Positions 1 to 8,707 of a stretch of 64,000 nt of DNA are shown here, one piece after another; positions within the stretch are counted from its first letter, which is position 1, and every line of letters starts with the position of its first letter. The notes beneath the pieces are model-generated. The model was not told the DNA's origin. It saw only the letters and a program-made list of their open reading frames with translations, and ran no database searches. The stretch is from Thermoplasmata archaeon (GTDB lineage Archaea; Thermoplasmatota; Thermoplasmata; Sysuiplasmatales; Sysuiplasmataceae): NCBI GenBank assembly GCA_021817225.1, contig JAKAVR010000003.1, positions 20,016 through 84,015 of the forward strand. Reading direction: 5' to 3'. Made by a program: the position numbers and the translations under genes.

Positions 1-3000
1 AGGGTGCTTGTGACAAGCGGGGCGATCTCGTTGTAACGCCGCTCGGCGAGAAGGTATGCGCCCGCAGCGTCTCCGGACGCAATCATTCCGTCAAATTCCG
101 TCTTCCTTTCCTCACCCGTTGAGAGGCTGAGCCTGCCTGCCGCTTCTTCGGCAGATTCGACGGCAGCCACCTTTGATATGCATGCCTCGTGAAGCATCCT
201 GTCGGCTGCCTCGTCGCATGCCCGTATCTTTGCCATTCCCTCAAGCGTGCTTCCGGTAGATACGAGTTCCAGTGCATCGCGGGCCATTGCAGTGCAGCCT
301 TCCATCGGCAGGCCCATTTCCTCAAACCTTGCGAGCTTGTCCTCGAGAGTTGACATCTTCTGCTTGGCCTTCTCTCCCTCTTTCGCTATCTCCTCGATGA
401 GCTGTTCGACCTCTATGCCTTTTTCTACGACAGACCTGAAGTTCTTCGAGTCGAGAAGTTCCGAGATTGACCTGATGCGCGTGTTGAGCTCTCCGGAGGC
501 GATGCCTTTTTCGAGCAGCGCCGAAGACCTCTTGTTGAGCACCTCAAGAGTTCGCCTGGCCATTTCCTCCTGGAGTGCAAGCCTTTCTGCCATATTCTTC
601 AGGAGTATGAGCGCATCCGCCGCCTCGTCGTTTCCCTTGGCGACCAGGGAAGTTGCTTCATTCACTCTTGCCGAGACTCCCTCGTGTTCGTCGTTACCTA
701 TGCTTGAATAAATCTGATGAGTGTATTTCTCAAGCAGCTGCGAGCCCTTGGATGAGAGCCTGTCGCTGCACGCCTCGATGCACTTCTGCGCCGTCTGCAT
801 TGCAAGAAGATGCTGGTCGTTCTTGAGAAGGTTCTTTGACTGTCTCAACAGGTTCGCCGTTCCCGAGTCGAGCAGGTTAAGCTCATCGAGTTTGATAACA
901 AAGGCATCCGCTTTTTCTATCAGTGAAATTGCTTCATTCACGGAGTTCTTGACAAGCCCAAGCTCATCCCTGGCAAGTTTCAGGCTGTTGAAGCACTGCT
1001 CAAAGTGGCCCGATGCGAGGAAGCCCTTGGCCCTTTCGAGCCTGGATTCCACGATGGTAACGTCCAGCCCGTCGATCTCCGCCTTTGCACTTTCGGCCGC
1101 AATGCCGATCAGCATCTCATTTAGCGACGAGGCGACCGCTGAGGACGTTTCCTTCAGCAGCGATCTCGCGCCAGTCAGCGCCTCATAGTGCTTTCGCTCC
1201 TTCATCAGCTCAAGCAGATCATCCTTCTGCTTCTCAAGCTGATCCTGTGCCAGTCCCATTTCACGCCCAACTGCAAGAACCGCCTTGACCTCAAGTATTT
1301 CCTTCCCTGCAAGGTTGGGTGCCATGCCCTTCTCTTCAAGCAACAGCGCCTGCGATATCTCCCTCTTCGCCTGGACGTAATCGTATCTCTTGAGCGATGC
1401 TTTTGCTTCAAGCAGAAGCTTCTGTATGTCTTCAACACCCATGCTGCTCTTTCTCGCCTCGACGAGCAGCCGATCCGCCTTCGAGAGGTCCGCCTCGATG
1501 TCTTCCACCTGTCTAAGTCTCTTCTGTATCTCTTCCCTTGCGACGGATACCATTCTTGAGGCAGCCTCGAAATCCTCAAACTTGAGCGCCGCCCTTGCCC
1601 TCCCGATCAGCGTATAGCCGTAGCCTATCTCCACCCGCTTGCGCCTGCAAGTCGAGACCATATCCATCAGTGAGGACATCTCCTTGACGAAGTAGTCATT
1701 CAGCAGGTTGTAGAGTATGTCGTGTGCCTCGCCCGCGGTGTTCAATGCAGATTCAGTGTCCATCTCCGCGTTTCGCTCTGCGGCCTCAAGCATGTTGACC
1801 GCGGAGCTGCTGTTGACCTCTGGAACAACTGTGAGAAGCCTTTTTGCCCTCTGTATTAGTGAACGGACCCTGTAAACGTTGCCGTTGAATGCCCAGTCCA
1901 CAATATCCTTTGCGACGGAGGCAGAACGGTAGCTCTCTCCCTTGGCCTCGAACTGCGTCACCGCATAAAGCATCTTGCCCAGCCTTTCCTTCATCAGGCC
2001 CTTGCTGGAATCAACAGATGTCTTAGCCTTCAGGGACCATGTCTGCTCAAGCTCCTTGAGCCTGTTTTCCACATCCCTCTCTATATCCGCGCTGACAGTG
2101 AGTGATTTTGCAAATTCGGTGTTCTTTACCAGCGATACGGCGGAACCAAGCTTCTTGTTCAGGTCCAGCGTCTCTCCGCCGAGGTACTCGAGAGCGCCTA
2201 TGCCCCTGTCGAGCGCATCTATCTGGCCGGTTGCAAAATTCTCAAGAAGGACGTCCATGTCCTTCAGCAGCGACCTTGCGTCGGCGGTGAAGGACTCAAA
2301 CTCCTTGTTTTCATACTTCCGCTTCGCTTCGGCGTACCTTATGCTTATGTCAACCGAATTTGAAACGAGCGTTACAACTGCCTGGAATTCGGAATCAAGC
2401 TTCTTCATCACGTCTTCCGCATCTGTTGTAAGTGTGGAAAGGCGCATTGCTTCCTGATTGGCCAGTTCTGCCGCCTCCACAGCCTCCCTGTAGCGCCTCT
2501 TCTTCATCAGTTCCCTTACATCGTTGAGGTGCTTGTTTACAGGAGCCAGATCCAGGCCGTTCCCGAGTGCAAGCGTTATGTATTTCTTCCCGTTGAAAAG
2601 TATCCTCGCTATGTAGTCGTACTTCGCTTTCTCGAGTCTTGACTCGAGGTCCTTGAGTTCTGTGAGGCCGGCCTCGAAATCGCTTGACTCGACCTTCAGC
2701 TCTACATCCTTGAGTGATGTGGAGGCGATCGAGGTTATACTCGGGGGCAGTGTCCTGTCACCAAGGTCCGATCTGATCGTTTTGAGTCTTATCTCGAACG
2801 CGCGCTTGAGCCTCCTGTCAAGCTCGCTGTCAAGCGAATCAATGACATGCTGCATTTCAGTGAATTTCTGAGCGGATGGACTGGACCTTATCTGCTCGAG
2901 TTTCTCCCTGTAAGGGCCGATGCCGAGGCCAAACAGCTTGGAAAGCTCTATCTTCTGCGAAAGCCTCTTGACTTCCTCATCCACCTTCGTCCTGATCTGC

Positions 3001-3602
3001 CTTGTGATGAGCCCATTGGCCTGCTCCAGCAGCTTGAATGCACTCCCCACATTGTTTGCTGTGATCTCGTTCCTTGCTTCAGTGAGGGCCCTGTCGACCC
3101 CTTCCACTTCACCGCAGTAGGTCCTTGCGGCAATCATGGCCTTCTGCACCGCAGAGAATTCGTGCGAAAACATTTCCGCAAGCGTCTTCTCCTCCTTGTG
3201 CCAGATGGTTGTGAGAGATGCTTCCGCTTCTTCGTACTTCCCCTCATTGAGGAGTTTCCGGACTGAGTCAAGAGCGGACTGCAGCGGCGACACATCGGAA
3301 CCCCTTTCTGACAGGAAATGCATCATGCTTGACGTGGAATCCATTCTGGACGAGAACATCTTGTCAACATCGACCTTCAGTGCTTCCGCTGTCTGGATGG
3401 CCGTTGAGATGCAGTCCTTGTATTCCCTCCTCTCATAGAATTCCCTTGCCTTCTTGAGGCTGATTTCAAAAGAATCGACAGGGAGGCCAAGCGTCTTCGC
3501 TAATGCTATCCTTTTCTCCAGGTCGTTAAGCCTGGATTCCGCCTCCTCCTTTTCCTGGGCAACCTCCCTCGCCTTATCAGCGAGCTGTTTGCCCAGTTTC
3601 AT
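1..3602 (-). CDS. Large (>1200 aa, C-terminus beyond the window) alpha-helical repeat / coiled-coil protein, function unknown
   Basis: Manual reverse-complement translation from the ATG (CAT at 3600-3602) gives MKLGKQLADKAREVAQEKEEAESRLNDLEKRIALAKTLGLPVDSFEISLKKAREFYERREYKDC... The frame stays open where checked (1-240 and 2200-3602). It is absent from the ORF track because no stop lies in the window. The Ser-rich + strand ORFs at 247-3438 are antisense shadows of it. Confidence 0.6.
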   Translation of the reverse strand, partial: MKLGKQLADKAREVAQEKEEAESRLNDLEKRIALAKTLGLPVDSFEISLKKAREFYERREYKDCISTAIQTAEALKVDVDKMFSSRMDSTSSMMHFLSERGSDVSPLQSALDSVRKLLNEGKYEEAEASLTTIWHKEEKTLAEMFSHEFSAVQKAMIAARTYCGEVEGVDRALTEARNEITANNVGSAFKLLEQANGLITRQIRTKVDEEVKRLSQKIELSKLFGLGIGPYREKLEQIRSSPSAQKFTEMQHVIDSLDSELDRRLKRAFEIRLKTIRSDLGDRTLPPSITSIASTSLKDVELKVESSDFEAGLTELKDLESRLEKAKYDYIARILFNGKKYITLALGNGLDLAPVNKHLNDVRELMKKRRYREAVEAAELANQEAMRLSTLTTDAEDVMKKLDSEFQAVVTLVSNSVDISIRYAEAKRKYENKEFESFTADARSLLKDMDVLLENFATGQIDALDRGIGALEYLGGETLDLNKKLGSAVSLVKNTEFAKSLTVSADIERDVENRLKELEQTWSLKAKTSVDSSKGLMKERLGKMLYAVTQFEAKGESYRSASVAKDIVDWAFNGNVYRVRSLIQRAKRLLTVVPEVNSSSAVNMLEAAERNAEMDTESALNTAGEAHDILYNLLNDYFVKEMSSLMDMVSTCRRKRVEIGYGYTLIGRARAALKFEDFEAASRMVSVAREEIQKRLRQVEDIEADLSKADRLLVEARKSSMGVEDIQKLLLEAKASLKRYDYVQAKREISQALLLEEKGMAPNLAGKEILEVKAVLAVGREMGLAQDQLEKQKDDLLELMKERKHYEALTGARSLLKETSSAVASSLNEMLIGIAAESAKAEIDGLDVTIVESRLERAKGFLASGHFEQCFNSLKLARDELGLVKNSVNEAISLIEKADAFVIKLDELNLLDSGTANLLRQSKNLLKNDQHLLAMQTAQKCIEACSDRLSSKGSQLLEKYTHQIYSSIGNDEHEGVSARVNEATSLVAKGNDEAADALILLKNMAERLALQEEMARRTLEVLNKRSSALLEKGIASGELNTRIRSISELLDSKNFRSVVEKGIEVEQLIEEIAKEGEKAKQKMSTLEDKLARFEEMGLPMEGCTAMARDALELVSTGSTLEGMAKIRACDEAADRMLHEACISKVAAVESAEEAAGRLSLSTGEERKTEFDGMIASGDAAGAYLLAERRYNEIAPLVTST

Positions 3603-3733
3603 GCTACCGAAGTAATTGCCGGCCACTGGAGCTCACCAAGTCAGTATGTCCTACTCCTTAATACACAGTTTGATTTTATGACAAATTGAAGTCTCTTCAA
3701 CGGCTAATAAACGTGATGCTCCAGTTTCCCTGA

Positions 3734-4627
3734 ATGATTTTGACCCGGCCGGAAAAGCTTATTGAATGGCTTGATGCATTAACCGTCATGGGATCGGGTG
3801 CACGTGGTCAGAGGATTCCAACCGGGGTCGCTGACTTTGATTCAATACTTGGCGGGGGTCTCCCCCCGGGCTCGGTGGTCCTTCTTCTTGGAGATGTCGG
3901 GAGCGGTTTTACCGAGTTTGCCTATACTTCGGCGGCAAAGATATCCATGGCAAAGGACAGGCCCGAATCTATCGCATTTCTGATGGGTGACAGGGCCGCG
4001 GAAGGCAAGCTGCCGGACAGCATACACTACGCTACGTTCTTCAAGCCCAGGGAGGAGATAATGCAGGAGATACTCTTCTCATTCAATGACGACTTCTACT
4101 CCGCGTTCGGGAGGCACGTCCAGTTCACCGATCTTTCACAGTTCTATTTCGACAAGTCGGTAGTGCCTCCCTCATGGGTCGGGGACGGCAAGAATCTGCT
4201 CCTCAACAGGAAGGGCGATGTGATCAACTCATTCGTCAGCTTCCTGGAGGAGAATGCCCAGTCAAGCCTGGTTATTGTGGACTCGCTTACAGACCTCGTC
4301 GTAAGCGAATCGGTTGAACTGATGGACATTGTTTCAATGCTGCGCGGAATGCAGAGGATGGCAAAAAAATGGAAGGGAGTGATCTACCTTCTTCTGACCG
4401 AGGGCATACTCGAGAAAAGGAAGGAGCAGATGATCATTGACAGCGTCGACGGCGTGCTTGTCTTCGAGTGGAGCAGGCATACCACGAGCAGCAAGAGGCA
4501 GCGTTACATCTACATTGCGAAGTTTGTCAGCCTGATGCCGCACCTGGACGAACAGAGGATCGCCCGCTTCGCAACCACACTCACATCCCAGAGCGGTCTC
4601 GTTGTTATTGACACGGAGAGGATATGA
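3734..4627 (+). CDS. KaiC/RecA-superfamily ATPase-like protein with degenerate Walker A (probable non-catalytic paralogue)
   Basis: IPTGVADFDSILGGGLPPGSVVLLLGDVGSGFTEF aligns with the KaiC-like N-terminus, but the P-loop lysine is Phe (GSGFT). A Walker B-like VIVDSLTDL is present. The gene overlaps the next one by 4 bp (ATGA). Confidence 0.7.
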   Translation: MILTRPEKLIEWLDALTVMGSGARGQRIPTGVADFDSILGGGLPPGSVVLLLGDVGSGFTEFAYTSAAKISMAKDRPESIAFLMGDRAAEGKLPDSIHYATFFKPREEIMQEILFSFNDDFYSAFGRHVQFTDLSQFYFDKSVVPPSWVGDGKNLLLNRKGDVINSFVSFLEENAQSSLVIVDSLTDLVVSESVELMDIVSMLRGMQRMAKKWKGVIYLLLTEGILEKRKEQMIIDSVDGVLVFEWSRHTTSSKRQRYIYIAKFVSLMPHLDEQRIARFATTLTSQSGLVVIDTERI

Positions 4628-5331
4628 TGGAAGCAGGCAGCGCGCTTGAAACAGGCATCTCTGGATTGGATGATATGCTTGGCGGGGGATTTCCGCCGGG
4701 AACGATTGTAGTTGTCCTTGGCTCGTTCGGCACAGGCAAGACAACAATGAGCATGCAGTTTCTCCTGAGGGGGCTTCAGAAGGGGGAGAAATGCATCTTC
4801 ATATCGCTGGAGGAAGACGAAAACTCGATACTCAGGAATGCAAGATCATACGGCTGGGAACTGCAGCCGCACCTTGACGCCAAGAACCTTGTTCTGGTTA
4901 GGCTCGAGCCGACGAATGCCAGGACCTCGGTGGAAAGGATAAGGAGCGAACTTCCGGACTTCATAAAGCAGTTCGGTGCATCGAGGGTCGTCATCGACTC
5001 CGTCTCCCTTCTCTCGATGCTTTATGAGACGGACAGCGAGAAAAGGAGCGGGCTGTTCAACCTGTGCAGGCTGATCCGGGAGAGCGGCGCAGGAGGGCTG
5101 CTCACCTCCGAAGTTAACGAAAACCATCCAACATCATCCAGGGACGGAATGGTTGAATACACGGCAGACGGTGTAATACTGTTGCAGTCTGTCGAGTCAA
5201 GCGATGCGTCTGAGCAGCAGCTGACAATCAGGATCGTGAAGATGAGGGGCATCCCCCACTCGAGAAGGATCAGGCCGTACAGCATCACGGGGAAAGGCAT
5301 AGTTGTGCACTCCGGCTCCGAGGTATTCTGA
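4624..5331 (+). CDS. KaiC-like / RadA-like single-domain RecA-superfamily ATPase
   Basis: ISGLDDMLGGGFPPGTIVVVLGSFGTGKTTMSMQF (canonical Walker A). Walker B VVIDSVSLL. The C-terminal IVKMRG motif is typical of the family. Confidence 0.85.
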   Translation: MMEAGSALETGISGLDDMLGGGFPPGTIVVVLGSFGTGKTTMSMQFLLRGLQKGEKCIFISLEEDENSILRNARSYGWELQPHLDAKNLVLVRLEPTNARTSVERIRSELPDFIKQFGASRVVIDSVSLLSMLYETDSEKRSGLFNLCRLIRESGAGGLLTSEVNENHPTSSRDGMVEYTADGVILLQSVESSDASEQQLTIRIVKMRGIPHSRRIRPYSITGKGIVVHSGSEVF

Positions 5332-5378
5332 CGAATGCAGGGCGGAGTGCGCTAACAATATATCTTTGATTTGTCTAG

Positions 5379-5987
5379 TTGTCAGGCATGTCAGGGCTTC
5401 CGCCCGGTCAATTCTGGGGACACAGGTTCGTCATATACACCATAAATGGAGTGCCGGAAGTAGCCGAAGAGAACTACAGCTTTGAACTGTTCGGCAGAGT
5501 CGAGAGAAAGCTTTCCATTGCATACGGTGATTTGCAGTCAATGGCTACGGGAGAGCTTCACTCGGACTTTCATTGCGTGACGAAGTGGAGCATCAGGGAC
5601 TGCACCTGGGGCGGTGTCCCGTTTTCAAGTCTCTTCGAAAAGGCGGGTGTGCTCGGGGATGCAGTGTTCGCATTCGCCTATTCGCTTGACGGGTACACGA
5701 CAGTGGTGCCGCTGGAGAACATGGCTGACGCGTTTCTTGCCTTGAGGCTCAACGGCAGCAAACTGAGTGAAGAACAGGGTGGCCCGGCGAGGCTCGTCGT
5801 GCCAAGTCTCTACGGCTGGAAGAGTGCGAAGTGGGTGAATGCTGTGGAACTGACGAATGAATACAGGGACGGATACTGGGAGGAAAGGGGCTATCACGAA
5901 AGGGGAGATTTCCTGACGGAGGAGAGGTTCAAGAATCCTGCCGCCAGATTCATACACAAGAAAGTCGCCCAGCCCAGGAAGAGGTAG
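5379..5987 (+). CDS. Molybdopterin-binding oxidoreductase domain protein (sulfite oxidase / YedY-MsrP family)
   Basis: HCVTKWSIRDCTWGGVPF, ALRLNGSKLSEEQGGPARLVVPSLYGWKSAKWV and YWEERGYH are characteristic of the oxidoreductase molybdopterin-binding domain. Confidence 0.8.
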   Translation: MSGMSGLPPGQFWGHRFVIYTINGVPEVAEENYSFELFGRVERKLSIAYGDLQSMATGELHSDFHCVTKWSIRDCTWGGVPFSSLFEKAGVLGDAVFAFAYSLDGYTTVVPLENMADAFLALRLNGSKLSEEQGGPARLVVPSLYGWKSAKWVNAVELTNEYRDGYWEERGYHERGDFLTEERFKNPAARFIHKKVAQPRKR

Positions 5988-6369
5988 GCGCCGTCTTTTA
6001 AAATGCAGCGCCATTTCTTGCCGACGTCAACCAACATCGATTGAAATCGGTGGCTTGCAGTCTGACAGGTCCGCTGCTATTGGCCTGTTGGCACAATGCC
6101 TGCCTGCTGCGCACCTGTCGCCATGGTCAAGACATTGAAAGGAATATTCACAAGGATGTAGTTTGGCACACATCCTGAATTCAGGAAAGTATTTCGCAAA
6201 GGGCATATATGGTTGCCATTGTATTACACCGGAACCGTTGGGCACATCTCAGCGGAGACCACTGCGAAATATGTCGCGGACCAAGAACCACGTACACAAG
6301 GGAGGCGGCCAAGGGAGGCGGCGCTCCTCCACCGTCTGAAAACGGCGGTCTCCGCGCCGAATAGGATTC

Positions 6370-7317
6370 ATGAAAAGAGAAGCAGGGAAGGGCACGGGCA
6401 TTGTTGCCATGGGTGAGCCCATGGCCGAATTTTCAGATGCAGGGGAGGGAAGATATGAACTCAGTTTCAGCGGCGATGCCGTTAATGTAGCTGTTTCGGC
6501 GGCCCGGCTTGGGGCGCCTTCGTCAATAATAGGTGCGGTGGGAGACGACTATTTCGGCCACAATCTACTCGATCACCTGAAACAGGAGGGGATCAACACA
6601 GACGGATTGTCTGTGAGTCGCGGCGGTTTCACGGGGATATACTTCATTACACTGCTTGGAAAGGGTGAACACGTCTTCACATACTACAGGAAAGGAAGCA
6701 GCGCAAGCAGTCTGAGCTTAACCTCGAGGCAGCTTGAAATAGTGGAAAAAGGGGATTTCTTCCATTTCAGCGGCATCGCGCAGGCGATAGGAAACGAGGC
6801 GAGAAGAAGCGCAAGGGAGGCTGCGAGAAGGGCGCATGATGCGGGTGTCACAGTCAGCTACGATGTCAACTTCAGGCCAAGACTCTGGAACAGGCGCAGG
6901 GCGCTGAACGCGCTGAGGGAGGTTGCGGGTCTTGTTGATATTATCATTGTTTCGACGGAGGACTGGCACCTGTTACACGGGGGAAGCGATGATGAAAAAT
7001 CCATCGCCCGCCAGCTCCGCGACGAGGGTTTTGGCACGGTGATCGTAAAAGCAGGCGCCAGGGGGTCGTACGGCATCAACGTGGGGCGCAAAGTCACGCA
7101 GCGAAGCTATCAAGTGAAGGCAGTTGATGCGACAGGTGCCGGTGATGCGTATGATGCCGGTTTCCTTTGCGGGCTGCTTTCAGGGTATGACTTCGCATCA
7201 TCCATGAAATATGCATCAATGAATGCGGCGCTGAAATGCACGAAGAAGGGTGGCATCAGGGGGCTTCCGACACGCAGGCGGCTGGAAGCAGCGATCTCCC
7301 ACGAGAGGAACAAATAA
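6370..7317 (+). CDS. PfkB-family sugar kinase (2-keto-3-deoxygluconate kinase-like)
   Basis: N-terminal IVAMGEPMAEF plus the C-terminal PfkB signature VDATGAGDAYDAGFLCGLL. Confidence 0.8.
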   Translation: MKREAGKGTGIVAMGEPMAEFSDAGEGRYELSFSGDAVNVAVSAARLGAPSSIIGAVGDDYFGHNLLDHLKQEGINTDGLSVSRGGFTGIYFITLLGKGEHVFTYYRKGSSASSLSLTSRQLEIVEKGDFFHFSGIAQAIGNEARRSAREAARRAHDAGVTVSYDVNFRPRLWNRRRALNALREVAGLVDIIIVSTEDWHLLHGGSDDEKSIARQLRDEGFGTVIVKAGARGSYGINVGRKVTQRSYQVKAVDATGAGDAYDAGFLCGLLSGYDFASSMKYASMNAALKCTKKGGIRGLPTRRRLEAAISHERNK

Positions 7318-7607
7318 AAAAGCGGCCCGGAGGAGACCAGGCCGCGGGGATGGGTTGCACGATAATAGTCAGGCGAATACGGGACTGCAGCCGTAGAGTC
7401 GGTAGATATCCTCCCAGCTGCAATCATCCGATTCTTCATTCCTCTCTGATATGAGTTCCGCTTCTTCCACAATGTTGATGACTGACAGCGGGTATTTAAA
7501 CAGGGCAGGGGGGAGGTCCCCGGAATCGTGCGAGCCCGACTGGACAGATGGCATCAGAGAGTTGGACTTGAGAAACGTTTTTAGTCTAAATACAGTAAGG
7601 GGATATC

Positions 7608-8288
7608 GTGGCCAAGAAAAAGAAGGTCGAAGACGAAATTGACTTCGTCCCACCCGAATTCAATGAAAAGGAGTTCATTGAGAAGGATCTAGCCGACAGC
7701 AAGGTGGTCATCATCACAACCATCTTCGGCATCCTGATTGGAGCGGCTGCAGCTGCAGCCACAATATATGTCAGCAGCATCCTCGGCTTCGTGATTATAG
7801 TTGCGATGACATACGGGCTGTTCAAACTGCTCTTCAGGGCGCTCAAGATCGACATTTCAAAGTATCAGAGAAAGGACTACCTCTACAAGGGCGGTACCTA
7901 CTTCGTGACGGCAATGGCGCTCTGGATACTCCTCCTCAATCCACCGTTTGCGTCGGCGACCCCGCCTGCAATCAGCGGACCGAATGCCGTCCAGATGTAC
8001 CAGCTCGCAGGCGGAACATGGGTTAGGGTGCCCCTCAATACAACGCCGAATATTTCCCCGGGAGAGGTGAACATCACCGCCCACGTCCTTTCAATCGGCA
8101 GTGCTACCGCAACCGTCCAAATCACACACAACTCCACATCCTACTCTGCAGCCATGGCACTGGTGTCTGATGGCAATTTCCAATACAGGACGAACTTCAC
8201 CGCAGGGTCATATTCCTTCTACATAATAGCGAAGTCTGGCAGCGGAGCGCAGACAACGAGCCAGGTGTTCGATTTCCTGGTCACCTGA
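7608..8288 (+). CDS. Hypothetical membrane protein with extracellular beta-rich C-terminal domain
   Basis: GTG-start ORF. It has two predicted TM helices (VVIITTIFGILIGAAAAAATIYV, TYFVTAMALWILLLNPPF) followed by a domain carrying N-x-S/T sequons. Confidence 0.5.
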   Translation: MAKKKKVEDEIDFVPPEFNEKEFIEKDLADSKVVIITTIFGILIGAAAAAATIYVSSILGFVIIVAMTYGLFKLLFRALKIDISKYQRKDYLYKGGTYFVTAMALWILLLNPPFASATPPAISGPNAVQMYQLAGGTWVRVPLNTTPNISPGEVNITAHVLSIGSATATVQITHNSTSYSAAMALVSDGNFQYRTNFTAGSYSFYIIAKSGSGAQTTSQVFDFLVT

Positions 8289-8316
8289 CTCAGTATCATA
8301 AAAATTAAGTAATTAT

Positions 8317-8698
8317 ATGGTCCCCTGTGGTCGTATGAAGTTGTCTGTTTGGGCACGGAAGGAGGGAATTGGTTATCGTGCCGCGTGGCGCATGTGGAAA
8401 GCGGGTCAGCTGAAGGGGCATCAGCTGCCTACCGGCACAATCACAGTCGAAGAGGAGAGGCCTTCCATATTGCCGGACAGTGTTGCCATATATGCCAGTG
8501 TCTCCAGTTCGGAAAACAGGAGCAATCTCGACAGCCAGGCGAAGCCGCAGCGGCAAGGTGTTCGGATGCATTCATTGTGGACACACCGATGACGCGGACA
8601 TGAGTGCCGCACAGAACATCAGGCTGCTGGGGCTGGCGGGAGTCTATGGTCTCCGTTCGCTTCCGAACAAATTCATAGGCGGGAATATCCGTCTGTGA
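8317..8698 (+). pseudogene. Internally deleted IS607-type (IS200/IS605 superfamily) relic: TnpA serine-recombinase N-terminus joined to TnpB C-terminus
   Basis: Frame 1: MKLSVWARKEGIGYRAAWRMWKAGQLKGHQLPTGTITV..VAIYASVSSSENRSNLDSQ (MerR-like HTH plus catalytic Ser motif of IS607 TnpA), then truncated. Overlapping frame: GCIHCGHTDDADMSAAQNI (TnpB/OrfB zinc finger plus the last RuvC Asp). Confidence 0.65.
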
Positions 8699-8707
8699 AA
8701 TATGTAA

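Noticed and set aside
247-3438. A series of + strand ORFs (247-711, 721-1188, 1188-1559, 1975-2457, 2847-3266, 3136-3438) with Ser/Leu-rich low-complexity translations.
   Set aside because: They are antisense shadows of the single long minus-strand ORF (1-3602), whose translation is a coherent charged helical protein. The + strand products are compositionally implausible and mutually overlapping.
6027-6245. 72-aa minus-strand Cys-rich ORF (..CAKLHPCEYSFQCLDHGDRCAAGRHC..) in the 380-bp gap between the molybdoenzyme and the sugar kinase.
   Set aside because: It has no recognisable metal-binding spacing, no clear promoter or SD, and an overlapping alternative ORF on the other strand. It might be a real small protein, but I cannot support it from sequence alone.
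7369-7554. Possible 61-aa minus-strand ORF (MPSVQSGSHDSGDLPPALFKYPLSVINIVEEAELISERNEESDDCSWEDIYRLYGCSPVFA) between the sugar kinase and the membrane protein gene.
   Set aside because: Its composition is host-like, but there is no motif, and the longer track version (to 7653) would overlap the start of the 7608 gene. It is left unannotated pending homology evidence.
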